Virus record (IMG/VR): IMGVR_UViG_3300042814_000069
Coordinates: 1 to 44,116 of that record
DNA: 44,116 bases
From: a virus
Lineage: Duplodnaviria > Caudoviricetes
Direction: 5' to 3' (one strand)
Below are positions 16,507-25,493 of this stretch, in pieces (positions within the stretch are counted from its first letter, which is position 1; every line of letters starts with the position of its first letter). Made by a program: the position numbers and the translations under genes. The notes beneath the pieces are model-generated. The model saw only the letters and a program-made list of their open reading frames with translations, ran no database searches and was not told the origin of the DNA.

Positions 16507-18168
16507 GTGGGCTTCGTCGACCAGCTCGGGCGCGGCCTCGACGTCATGATCGGCGCATTCTCGCCGGCGCTGGGAATGCGCCGCGCGGCAATGCGCAAGA
16601 TGACCGAGCGCTTCTCCGCGCGGCCGGCGCACGAGGGCGCCGCGACCGATCGCACGCGCAAGGGCTGGCGCACCACGGCCGGCTCGCCCGATGCCGACCT
16701 GAACAGCGACGAGCTCGTGACGCTTCGCGAGCGCTCGCGCGATCGCGTCCGCAACGATGGCCTGGCGTCGGCCGCGATCAATGCGGTCGTCGACAACGTC
16801 GTGGGATGCGGCTTCCGCCCGAAGCTCGCCCTGAACGCCAAGGCGCTCGGCATCACGCAGGACCAGGCCGACAACCTGTCCGAGACGGCCGACGAGATCT
16901 GGGACGAATGGGGCCGCAACTGCGAGTCGACCGGCCGCCTGACGATCGAGGAAGTGCAGGCCCAGGTCCTCGCGTCCACCCTGACCAACGGCGACCACTT
17001 CGTGGCGCCCGTCATGCTCCCGCCGCGCTGGCCCTCGCGTTACGAGCTCGCGCTGGAAATGATCGAGGCCGACCGCGTCGACAACCCGACCGGCACGACG
17101 GCCGCCAACATCCGCTCGGGCATCGAGCTCAACGAGCTCGGCGCCCCGGTGGCCTACTTCGTCTGCAAGGCTCACCCCGGCGACATCGGCCTGCAGGTCC
17201 CCCCGCCCGGCGTGCGCGACTTCCGCCGCATCCCGGCGTTCAACCAGGTCACGCCGAACCGGCCGAACATCCTGCACGTCTACACGCAGGAGCGCAGCGG
17301 CCAGAGCCGAGGGAGGCCCTTCCTCTCGACGGTCCTGAACCTGTTCCGGGACCTCGACGACTACGCCGAGACCGAGCTCATCGCCGCGCAGGTCGCCGCG
17401 TGCTTCTCCGTGTTCGTCACGAAGAACGACCCCTGGTCGGCCATGTATGCGCGCGCGACGGCAGCGACGAAAACCGCTGACAAGCGCGAAGAGGAAGTCG
17501 CCCCCGGCATGGTCGCGTATCTCGCCCCTGGCGAGAAGATCGAGACGGCGAACCCCGGCCGGCCGAACGGCACGTTCCACGACTACTTCGACGCCATGTG
17601 CCGGCTGATCTGCTCGGGCATCGGCGTTCCGTATGAGGTCGTCGCGCGCAACTTCACGGGCTCGACCTACAGCAATGCTCGCGCCGTCCTGCTCGAGGCC
17701 CGCCGCGCGTTCAAGCGCCGCCAGGTCTGGCTCGCCAGCAAGCTCCTGCAACCCGTCTGGGAGATGCTGCTCGAGGAGGCCTGGCTCCGCGGCTCGTTCC
17801 CCGCCCCCGATAAGATGATGAGCCAGTTCGCCGCGTGGACGCGGACCCACTGGATCACGCCGGGCTGGGGCTGGATCGACCCCGAGAAGGAAGGCAACGC
17901 CTATGAGACCGCGCTCCGGCTCGGCCTCACGACGCGCGCCAAGATCGTCGCCGAGAGCGACGGCGACGACGTGGTCCCCGTGTTCCGCCAGCTCTCCCGC
18001 GAGCAGAAGCTCGCGGTCGAGCTCGGCATCGACGTTTCCCCGCAACGCGGCGGCGCCTCGGCGGCCTCGCAAAGCAGTGCGGGCAATCAGCAGACTGACA
18101 ACGCCGAGACGCCTGCAGCGAAGCAAACCGCTACAGCGCCAGCGGCAGAGGAGGTGGTTGTCTCGTGA
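16507..18168 (+). CDS. Portal protein, lambda family
   Basis: LRERSRD, VVGCGF, GQSRGRP, TYSNAR, WIDPEKE motifs. Confidence 0.96.
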   Translation: MGFVDQLGRGLDVMIGAFSPALGMRRAAMRKMTERFSARPAHEGAATDRTRKGWRTTAGSPDADLNSDELVTLRERSRDRVRNDGLASAAINAVVDNVVGCGFRPKLALNAKALGITQDQADNLSETADEIWDEWGRNCESTGRLTIEEVQAQVLASTLTNGDHFVAPVMLPPRWPSRYELALEMIEADRVDNPTGTTAANIRSGIELNELGAPVAYFVCKAHPGDIGLQVPPPGVRDFRRIPAFNQVTPNRPNILHVYTQERSGQSRGRPFLSTVLNLFRDLDDYAETELIAAQVAACFSVFVTKNDPWSAMYARATAATKTADKREEEVAPGMVAYLAPGEKIETANPGRPNGTFHDYFDAMCRLICSGIGVPYEVVARNFTGSTYSNARAVLLEARRAFKRRQVWLASKLLQPVWEMLLEEAWLRGSFPAPDKMMSQFAAWTRTHWITPGWGWIDPEKEGNAYETALRLGLTTRAKIVAESDGDDVVPVFRQLSREQKLAVELGIDVSPQRGGASAASQSSAGNQQTDNAETPAAKQTATAPAAEEVVVS

Positions 18169-18455
18169 GCCTCGAAGTCGAACATCTGTCCCGCGATTTC
18201 GTCCACCGCATCCGCGCTCTCTGGCATTCCTGCAAGCCGGAGACGATCAACGCCACCTTCGCCCAGGTCGTAGGAGACCTCGGCAAGGTGCGCGACGAGG
18301 TCCTCGCGAAGAAGGCCCGCGCCGCTGCGCCCAAGACCATGGTCGGCACGCGGCCGGCGCCGCCGGAGCCGAAGGGTGAGCCGGTCCCGCCGCCGCCGGC
18401 GAGCTCGACCGCGACGGAGACTTCCCCGGCGACCCCGGAGAAGCCGACGCCGTGA
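18165..18455 (+). CDS. Hypothetical protein with Pro-rich tail
   Basis: GTGA coupling on both sides. Confidence 0.65.
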   Translation: MSLEVEHLSRDFVHRIRALWHSCKPETINATFAQVVGDLGKVRDEVLAKKARAAAPKTMVGTRPAPPEPKGEPVPPPPASSTATETSPATPEKPTP

Positions 18456-19279
18456 GCATGGACTTCCCCCGCAAGGCGGGCACGAGCGCGGACCCGATCT
18501 TCGTCCGCCAGCTCGACGACCCCTCGACGATCGTGGGGGGCCTGCTCACGGGAGCCCGGGCGATCAACCTGTGGGCCTCGATGACCCTGGGGACCGGCCT
18601 GACCCGTGACTTCTGGGCCAACGGCGGCACCGGCAACCAGACCCTCGGCACGGCGGCTCTGACGCTCGAGGTCGTCTCGAGCTCGACGAACGATGCCGCG
18701 GCGGGCACCGGCGCCCGCACGCTCCTGCTCACCGGCCTGAACGCGTCCTTCGTCGAGATCACGGAGACCGTGACCATGAACGGGCAGACGGCCGTCGTCG
18801 TCGCCGGCGCCTTCATGCGGATCAACTCCGCGGTCGTCGTGACCACCGGCACCGGGCACACCAACGCCGGGACGATCTCGATCCGCGACGTCTCGGACTC
18901 GCCGGTCTACGCCGTGATCCCGATCGGCGCCGCGACGCTGAACCAGCTCCACTACACGGTGCCGGCCGGCAAGTATGCGCTGCTCGCCGACCTCTCCTTC
19001 TCGAGCATGGGCGACAGCGACGAGACCGCGCCGCCGCTCGAGGGCGTCTCGATCGTCACGCGCGTCGCGACCACGGCCTCGGTCGCGGCCCCGACGGCCT
19101 ATGTCTACAAGACCGGCGCCGGCGTGTTCGCGCAGCGCGGCGGCCAGGGCCGTCTCACGTATCCGGGCGGATGGCTCTACCTCGCCGAGGGGACGCTGCT
19201 CGCGCCGCAGGTCGTCAACGCAACCGCGGCCAACGCCGACGTTCTCGGCTCGGCCCTGCTCTTGGAGTTCACAGCATGA
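18452..19279 (+). CDS. Putative virion protein, paralog A of a three-member family
   Basis: LEVVSSSTND..GTGART...ETVTMNG...RIN...NAGTI...YTVPAG shared with 19276-20058 and 36852-37802. Confidence 0.8.
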   Translation: MSMDFPRKAGTSADPIFVRQLDDPSTIVGGLLTGARAINLWASMTLGTGLTRDFWANGGTGNQTLGTAALTLEVVSSSTNDAAAGTGARTLLLTGLNASFVEITETVTMNGQTAVVVAGAFMRINSAVVVTTGTGHTNAGTISIRDVSDSPVYAVIPIGAATLNQLHYTVPAGKYALLADLSFSSMGDSDETAPPLEGVSIVTRVATTASVAAPTAYVYKTGAGVFAQRGGQGRLTYPGGWLYLAEGTLLAPQVVNATAANADVLGSALLLEFTA

Positions 19280-20058
19280 GCCTTCCGGCCTACGACCTCG
19301 ACTTCATCCGCCAGGTCCAGCAGGGCGCGATCTCCGGCGCGCGCATCATCAATCAAGCGGGGACGTTCTCGCCGACCACCGGGCAGGCCCGCTCCCTCTG
19401 GACGCTCGGGGCGACCGCGAACCAGCCGGTCGGGGAAGCCAACACTAGCCTCGAGATCATCTCGAGCTCGGCCAGCGACACGAGCGCGGGCACCGGCGCC
19501 AAGACGGTCTACATCGAGGGTATCAAGCTCAACGGGGCGCTCCAGACGGAGACCGTGAGCATGAACGGCACCGCGGCCGTTGCGCTGGCGAACACCTACG
19601 CGCGCATCAACCTGGTGCGCGCCGCGACCGTCGGCTCGACCGAAACCAACGCCGGCAACATCGACGTGCGCACTGTCTCGGGCTCGACGGTCTGGGCGCG
19701 CATGGCCACCAACCGCGGCGTCGAGGGCATGGTCTCTTACACCGTGCCGAGCGGGAAGAATCTCTACATCCTCGACCTCGAGTATTCCTCGGTCGGGACC
19801 GGCGCCGACGGATCGCCGCCGCTCCTGTCTGTCAACTTCCAGGGCTGGGAGGGCCTCTCGCAAGACACGACGATGGCCGTGCCGCTCTACCGTGAGCGGC
19901 ATCGTTGGATGTCCTACCGCGGGCAGACCTTCACGAAGACCTTCGGCTACGGGTTCAAGCTGGCGGCCGGCACGCTCTGGCAGCCCGTGGTCCAGAACCT
20001 CACCGCGAACACGGTCGAGGTCTCGGCCTCGGCCACCTACTTGGAGATCAGCGTATGA
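19276..20058 (+). CDS. Putative virion protein, paralog B
   Basis: ATGA start at 19276; LEIISSSASDTSAGTGA...ETVSMNG...YTVPSG. Confidence 0.8.
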   Translation: MSLPAYDLDFIRQVQQGAISGARIINQAGTFSPTTGQARSLWTLGATANQPVGEANTSLEIISSSASDTSAGTGAKTVYIEGIKLNGALQTETVSMNGTAAVALANTYARINLVRAATVGSTETNAGNIDVRTVSGSTVWARMATNRGVEGMVSYTVPSGKNLYILDLEYSSVGTGADGSPPLLSVNFQGWEGLSQDTTMAVPLYRERHRWMSYRGQTFTKTFGYGFKLAAGTLWQPVVQNLTANTVEVSASATYLEISV

Positions 20059-21344
20059 GTGACCTCCGCTACGGCCCGGGGCCGACGCACGGGTTCAAGT
20101 TCGGCGAGAACGAGTGCCGCTACATGCCGACGGCGGCCGAGCACGCGCAGCATTGCCGCGACAACGCGAAGAGCCTCGCGGCGTGCGTCGCCCGCTTCGG
20201 CGGCTTTGGTGGGCCCGCGCCCGCGCGCGCGAGCTCGACCGCACGCTTCGACGGCAAGACGCCGGGCCCGAAGTCGGTGCCGGCCGCGGCCTGCCGCTTC
20301 GAGCTCGAGCAGGCCGTATTCGCGGCCGAGAAGGACGCGCAGGGAATCCACCGGTTCAAGGGCAAGGTGAACAGTGGCCAGGTCATCAAGAACCACTGGT
20401 TCTGGGGGAACCTGGCGATCGACATGGCCGGCCTGAAGATCAACCGGCAGGACCTGCCCATCCTGCGCGATCACGACTCGCGCGAGATCCTCGGCCATAC
20501 CACGACCGTCACGAAGTCCGACAAGGGCATCGAGGCCGACGGCCGGCTCTTCTCGATCACGGAGCCGCAGAAGGAAGTGACCGGGATGCTCGCCCTCGGG
20601 ATGCCCTTCCAAATGTCGTGCTGGCTCCCGCCCTCGAAAGTGCAGTGGCTCGACGCCGGCGAAACGGCGATGTGCAACGGCCACACCGTCGAGGGCCCGG
20701 GAGCGATCCTCAGAGAAACCACGCTGCGCGAGGTCACGGTGACCGCGCTCGGCGCCGATGAAAACACGAGCGCCGCCCTGCTCTCGGACAGCGGCACCGT
20801 GATCGTTGACAGCTACCGAGAGCAGGAACCAGGACAAGAAATGAGTGACACCGACAAGAGCGCCAGCAAGGGCGCCGGCGATGCCGCGTCGTCCGCCGCT
20901 CTCGCCGCGGACGAAGCGCGCAAGACCGAGCGCGCTCGCGTTCTCGCAATCCAGAAGATGGCGGCCGATGGCGACATCGGCGCGACCATGCTCGAGCTCG
21001 CGATCAACGAGGGCTGGACCAAGGAGCAGGCCGCGACCAAGTTCTTCGGCTACATGTCCGAACGCAAGGAAGCGCGCCTCGCCGCGATCAAGGACGGCAC
21101 GCCGGGCCCCTCGGGCACCGCGGCGCCGAAGGACCGCTCGGGCGTCACCGAGCTCTCGGACAAGGCCGTCGAGGGAGCGGGCGAGAAGCTCGGCGCCCCG
21201 AACGACAAGACCGCGCAGGAGAAGGCCTGGCGGGATGAGTTCGCCCGCAAGCCCGAGCTCCGCGAGGAGTTCGTCGACAACGTCGAGGAATACGTCGCCT
21301 TCATGAAGAACGAGGGCAACAAGACCGCCCGCAGGAGCCGCTGA
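20055..21344 (+). CDS. Prohead protease fused to scaffold region
   Basis: LPILRDHD, GMPFQMS, LREVTVTALGADENTSA (HK97/assemblin-type pattern); helical C-terminus; possible internal ATG at 20841. Confidence 0.85.
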   Translation: MSDLRYGPGPTHGFKFGENECRYMPTAAEHAQHCRDNAKSLAACVARFGGFGGPAPARASSTARFDGKTPGPKSVPAAACRFELEQAVFAAEKDAQGIHRFKGKVNSGQVIKNHWFWGNLAIDMAGLKINRQDLPILRDHDSREILGHTTTVTKSDKGIEADGRLFSITEPQKEVTGMLALGMPFQMSCWLPPSKVQWLDAGETAMCNGHTVEGPGAILRETTLREVTVTALGADENTSAALLSDSGTVIVDSYREQEPGQEMSDTDKSASKGAGDAASSAALAADEARKTERARVLAIQKMAADGDIGATMLELAINEGWTKEQAATKFFGYMSERKEARLAAIKDGTPGPSGTAAPKDRSGVTELSDKAVEGAGEKLGAPNDKTAQEKAWRDEFARKPELREEFVDNVEEYVAFMKNEGNKTARRSR

Positions 21345-21347
21345 TCC

Positions 21348-22292
21348 ATGGGAACCTCTTCCACCCTCTCGAGCCGCGCCATCCGCGGCATGTTCTACAA
21401 GCGCCTCGAGGAGACCACGGCCGCGTCCTGGGTCTCCACGATCGGTAGCGTCTTCAACTCCGACCAGGAGTCGGAGACCTACCGCTTCCTCGGGCAGGTC
21501 CCCGCTCTGCGCGCGTGGCGCGGAGCCCGGTCGTCGGTCGAGCCCCGCAATTTCGGGATCACGATCATCAATGACAAATATGAGGCCGGCGTCAACTTCG
21601 CCCGCGACGACATCCGCCGCGACAAGACGCCGCAGATCCGCGCGCGCATCGGCGACCTTGCGTCCCGCGCCGCGTGCCTGCCGCAGAAGGTCTTCACCAC
21701 GCTGCTCGAGGGCAACGGCAACGCCTATGACGGCAACGCGTTCTTCGCGGATCGCACCAGCGCCACCACGGGCAAGGTGAACAACGCGCAGACCGACTCG
21801 GGCGTGTCTGACCCCGTCGCCCCGACCACGGCCGAGATGGCCAAGGGGATCCTCAAGACGATCTCGATCATCCTCTCGGCGAAAGACGACCAGGGCGAAC
21901 CCTACAACGAGTTCGCGACCAGCTTCGCCGTCATGGTGCCGACCCTCTACTGGTCGGCCACGATCGGCGCGCTCGGCGACGAATACCTGTCGACCGCGGT
22001 TTCGAACACGCTCAAGGCGCTCGGCGTCAACGGCCCGCGCGCGTTGTCGATCATGCCGATCCACAACCCGCGCCTCGCGACCCCCAGCTCGACCGGGATC
22101 TTCTACACGTTCCGGACCGACGCCGAGGTCAAGAGCCTGATCTGGCAGGACGAGGTCGAGAGCCAGCTCGAGAGCCTCGAGGAAGGCAGCGACCACGCCT
22201 ACTTCCACGACGAGCATATCTACGGCGTGCAGCGCATCGGCGCCGGCGGCTTCGGGATGCACGAGCTCGCCTGCCGCATGACGTTCTCGTGA
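21348..22292 (+). CDS. Major capsid protein, Mu gpT-like
   Basis: SDQESETYRFLGQVPALRAWRG...NDKYEAGV...DDIRRDK...YDGNAFF. Confidence 0.9.
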   Translation: MGTSSTLSSRAIRGMFYKRLEETTAASWVSTIGSVFNSDQESETYRFLGQVPALRAWRGARSSVEPRNFGITIINDKYEAGVNFARDDIRRDKTPQIRARIGDLASRAACLPQKVFTTLLEGNGNAYDGNAFFADRTSATTGKVNNAQTDSGVSDPVAPTTAEMAKGILKTISIILSAKDDQGEPYNEFATSFAVMVPTLYWSATIGALGDEYLSTAVSNTLKALGVNGPRALSIMPIHNPRLATPSSTGIFYTFRTDAEVKSLIWQDEVESQLESLEEGSDHAYFHDEHIYGVQRIGAGGFGMHELACRMTFS

Positions 22293-22344
22293 GGCACCAG
22301 CGGGGGGCGCGAGCTCCCCGCAACCCCCAAACCAGGAGACACCC

Positions 22345-22803
22345 ATGACCGCTCTCGGAGACCTCACGGCGAACGCACAGATCACGCGCGAGCCTCACCC
22401 CTCGGACATCATCGAGAAGATGACCCTCGAGGGGACCAAATACGCCGGCTCGCTCGTGTTCACGGGCACGGCAGTGAAGACCGTCGCGGCAGCGGCCAGC
22501 GCGGATCAGACCGACCACTTCGCGGGGCTCCTGCTCGAGGGCGGGGTCGCCGGCGAGGTCGTCGACGTCCTGCGCCGCGGCCGGGTTCGTGTCGCCTTGA
22601 ACGAGACGATCGCCCAGACCGACGACGGCGCCGCGGTCTATGCGACCAACGCGACCACCCCGAGCGACAACCCCGGGGACATCACGCTGACCAGCTCGAA
22701 CAACGCCAAGATCGGCAAGATCGCGATGGTCCACACCGCGAGCACGGCCCTGCTCAACGAGACCGAGATCTATTTCGAGGCCTCGGCCTACCAGTCTGTC
22801 TGA
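22345..22803 (+). CDS. Capsid decoration/cement protein, paralog 1
   Basis: YAGSLV...FAGL...VLRRG...DGAAVYA...KIGKI; follows MCP. Confidence 0.7.
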   Translation: MTALGDLTANAQITREPHPSDIIEKMTLEGTKYAGSLVFTGTAVKTVAAAASADQTDHFAGLLLEGGVAGEVVDVLRRGRVRVALNETIAQTDDGAAVYATNATTPSDNPGDITLTSSNNAKIGKIAMVHTASTALLNETEIYFEASAYQSV

Positions 22804-22828
22804 CCCGGAACAAACAACCGAAACCACA

Positions 22829-23275
22829 ATGACGACACTCTCTGCCGATCGGCAAGTCATCCGGGTCCCGCACGACTCGGACATCATCGAGCGCATGATT
22901 TGCGAAGCGACGGTCTACGCCGGCTCGCTCGTGAAGAAGGGCGCCAGCGCGAAGGGCATCACCGCGTTCTCCACTTCCGACACGTCGGGCTTCGCCGGGA
23001 TCTGCCTCAAGGGCGGCATCACGGGCGAGGTCGTCGAGGTCCTGCGGAAGGGGCGCATCCGCACCACGGTCAACATCACGCTCGCGCAGTCCGACGCCGA
23101 TCTCACGATCTACGCCAAGTGCTCGAGCACGAAGTCGGACAACCCCGCCGACATGACGACCACGAGCACGAACAACTGCAAGGTCGGGAAGATCTCGCTC
23201 GTGCACACCACGGGCGCGCAGGACACCGGCCTGGCCGACGTGTATCTCGAGGCCGACGCCTTCCAGTCGGTCTGA
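22829..23275 (+). CDS. Capsid decoration/cement protein, paralog 2
   Basis: End-to-end similarity to 22345-22803 (SDIIE.M, YAGSLV, SDNP.D, EA.A.QSV). Confidence 0.7.
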   Translation: MTTLSADRQVIRVPHDSDIIERMICEATVYAGSLVKKGASAKGITAFSTSDTSGFAGICLKGGITGEVVEVLRKGRIRTTVNITLAQSDADLTIYAKCSSTKSDNPADMTTTSTNNCKVGKISLVHTTGAQDTGLADVYLEADAFQSV

Positions 23276-23303
23276 TCCGAAACCGCAACCCCTCCCCCCC
23301 CCA

Positions 23304-23549
23304 ATGACCAAGTATCGACTCGATCGTTACGAGCCCGGTCGCGATGGCGTCAAAGGACGCACGACCGTGTTCGAGTTCGTAGACGGCTGGACGCTGAACG
23401 GTCTCTTCCAGGACATGCAGAAGGGCCGCGTCAAGATCGTCGACGTCGACCAGGAGACGGCCGAGAAGGCCGCCGCCGACAAGGCCGCCGCGGACCGCCT
23501 GAAGCGACAGGCCGATCGCAAGCGCGAGCAGCAGGCCGCCAAGCTGTGA
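23304..23549 (+). CDS. Hypothetical protein
   Basis: Position in head-tail region; coupled to next gene. Confidence 0.7.
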   Translation: MTKYRLDRYEPGRDGVKGRTTVFEFVDGWTLNGLFQDMQKGRVKIVDVDQETAEKAAADKAAADRLKRQADRKREQQAAKL

Positions 23550-23902
23550 CCCTCAAGGATGTTGTCGCCTCAGACATGGTCGCGCTCCTGGCGAGCAGCG
23601 ACTTCGGCGAGACCGTGACCTACACGGACGCCGGGTCTGTTTCCGGCGACAGCATCCCCGCCCTGATCTTCCGCGAAGAGCCCGACAGCGATCCCGACAC
23701 CGGGCACTCCGCAGCTTTCCAGAAGGCGCTCGTGGTGATCCGCAACTCGAGCACCGCGACCTTGGGCCGGCCGCATCCGAGCGAGGCCGGCGACACGATC
23801 ACGCTGACGCTGCGCATCGGCGACGCCAGCACGACTGTCTGCCGGGTCGTCGACGTGATCTCGGGCGACCACGGCGCCTGGCTCCTCGAGGTCCGGGCGT
23901 GA
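23546..23902 (+). CDS. Head-tail joining protein (gpFII-like)
   Basis: MTLKD...DFGETVTY...IPALI...GDTITL...GAWLL; synteny. Confidence 0.7.
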   Translation: MTLKDVVASDMVALLASSDFGETVTYTDAGSVSGDSIPALIFREEPDSDPDTGHSAAFQKALVVIRNSSTATLGRPHPSEAGDTITLTLRIGDASTTVCRVVDVISGDHGAWLLEVRA

Positions 23903-24636
23903 CCGAGGTCGCCAAGTGGGTCGCGCAGGCCCAGATCACGGGCGTTCCCGAGGTCGCGGGGATGTTCGCGCGCTCGCCGGCCGTGGCCTACCGCTACCTG
24001 CGCGACGCGGTCGGCGGGGCGATGGGTAGCCACCGGCGCGAATGGCTCTCGAGCGCCCGGGTCGCGTTCAAGCCGGGCGGCATGCGCGCCGGCCAGATCA
24101 CGAGCCGCGCCTCGGAGGCCGCCGGCTTCGACGCCAAGCGCACGATGTTCTACCGCGTGAGCCCCGAGGCTAAGACCGTGCAGGAGGGGCAGCAGGTCTC
24201 GGTCGACTCGATCTCGGCCGAGTCGTTCACGACCAGCCGGGCCGCCGCGGGCTTGCAGACCGGTGGCTCGTTCGTGGCCAAGGGCGGCAAGCGCTCGGCG
24301 ATTCCGATCGGCATCACCCGGGACTCGGGTGGGCGCGTGAAGGCGCGCTGGTTCACGCCCAAGGCCTTCCAGCGCGGCAAGCGCAAGAAGGACGTGATCG
24401 CGCTGCCGACCAAGAGCGGGAAGGGAGTCATCCTGTTCTGGCGGCAATACAGCGGGCGCGGCAAGGGCAGGACCTCGCGGCTCCTGCCGGCGTTCAACCT
24501 GGTCCCCGGCGTCCGCCGGCAGGCGCGGCTCCAGTATTACGAGACCTGGGACCGGTTGAAGGCCAACCGCGACCAGCGCTTCGGCACTGCCCTCGAGAAG
24601 ATCGAGAAGGACCTGGTCCATGGCCGGAACGCGTAG
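23899..24636 (+). CDS. Neck/tail completion protein (basic; gpZ-like position)
   Basis: Very basic, AIPI motif, synteny. Confidence 0.55.
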   Translation: MTEVAKWVAQAQITGVPEVAGMFARSPAVAYRYLRDAVGGAMGSHRREWLSSARVAFKPGGMRAGQITSRASEAAGFDAKRTMFYRVSPEAKTVQEGQQVSVDSISAESFTTSRAAAGLQTGGSFVAKGGKRSAIPIGITRDSGGRVKARWFTPKAFQRGKRKKDVIALPTKSGKGVILFWRQYSGRGKGRTSRLLPAFNLVPGVRRQARLQYYETWDRLKANRDQRFGTALEKIEKDLVHGRNA

Positions 24637-25135
24637 AGCTCTGATCTTGTCCGCGCTGGTCTCGGCGCTCGAAGCGATCCAGACGTCGGCGGGCTACAAC
24701 ACCAACGTCAAGGCGACGGCCGGCGGCGGCGGCGCGCAGAAGCTCACCTTCCCCTTCAACACCGCGACCAAGCGCCCGGTCCTGTATGTCTCGATCGACT
24801 CGCAAGAGCCGAGCGAGCAGCGCGGCGCCGGCGGCACCGGGGGCGGCTACTACGAGCCGGTCTGTAAGGGCGCCATTGCGTGTCTGATCGACGTCGACCC
24901 GGCCGACGCCGTGGACGACAAGGTCGACACGCTGCTCGCCGACGTCGAGAAGGTCCTGCTGACGCAAGCGCAAGCCGATCCCGTGCTCGGCGTCGCCGGC
25001 GTCGTCGACCTGATGCTCGACGGCTTCACCTACTTCGACCCCGCGAAGGGCCGCGGGCCCGGCGCCGAATACCGGTTCAAGGTCCGCTACCGGCACGACT
25101 CGACGAGCTCGGCGACCTTCACGGGGCTCACGTGA
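24620..25135 (+). CDS. Tail terminator-like protein
   Basis: RRALILSALVSALEAIQTSAGYNT...LLADVEKVL...FKVRYRH. Confidence 0.7.
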   Translation: MAGTRRALILSALVSALEAIQTSAGYNTNVKATAGGGGAQKLTFPFNTATKRPVLYVSIDSQEPSEQRGAGGTGGGYYEPVCKGAIACLIDVDPADAVDDKVDTLLADVEKVLLTQAQADPVLGVAGVVDLMLDGFTYFDPAKGRGPGAEYRFKVRYRHDSTSSATFTGLT

Positions 25136-25482
25136 CGGTCGACTCCTCGATCCTCGCCAGCGCGGGGTTCGTCGACTTCCGGCCCGTCGACAACCGCCTG
25201 CAGCAGAGCGACTGGCACAAGGGGATCCTGCATACGCGGGTCATCGACATCCGCGAGCCGCGGACCTTCGTGCTGCGCTTCCCGACCTGCACGCGCGGGC
25301 AGCTGGCGTTCCTGCGCGCGCACTACGCCGCAAACATGCACACCGAGGTGACCTTCGCTCTGCCGAGAACGGCCGAGGTCGTCACCGCGATCTACGTCAA
25401 AGGCCCGCAGGTCAAGGCGATCTCGGGCCGGTTCTTCAACGTCGTCGTGACGCTCGAAGAGCAGAAGGCCACCGACACCTAA
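25132..25482 (+). CDS. gpM/Dit-like small tail protein
   Basis: GTGA start; PRTFVLRF...QLAFLRAHY...TFALP...FNVVVTLEE resembles gpM-like fold. Confidence 0.55.
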   Translation: MTVDSSILASAGFVDFRPVDNRLQQSDWHKGILHTRVIDIREPRTFVLRFPTCTRGQLAFLRAHYAANMHTEVTFALPRTAEVVTAIYVKGPQVKAISGRFFNVVVTLEEQKATDT

Positions 25483-25493
25483 GAGGGGTTCCG

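Noticed and set aside
21348-22292. Mu-like transposable phage
   Set aside because: Only the capsid is Mu-like; no MuA/MuB or Mu-type portal, and packaging genes are lambda-type
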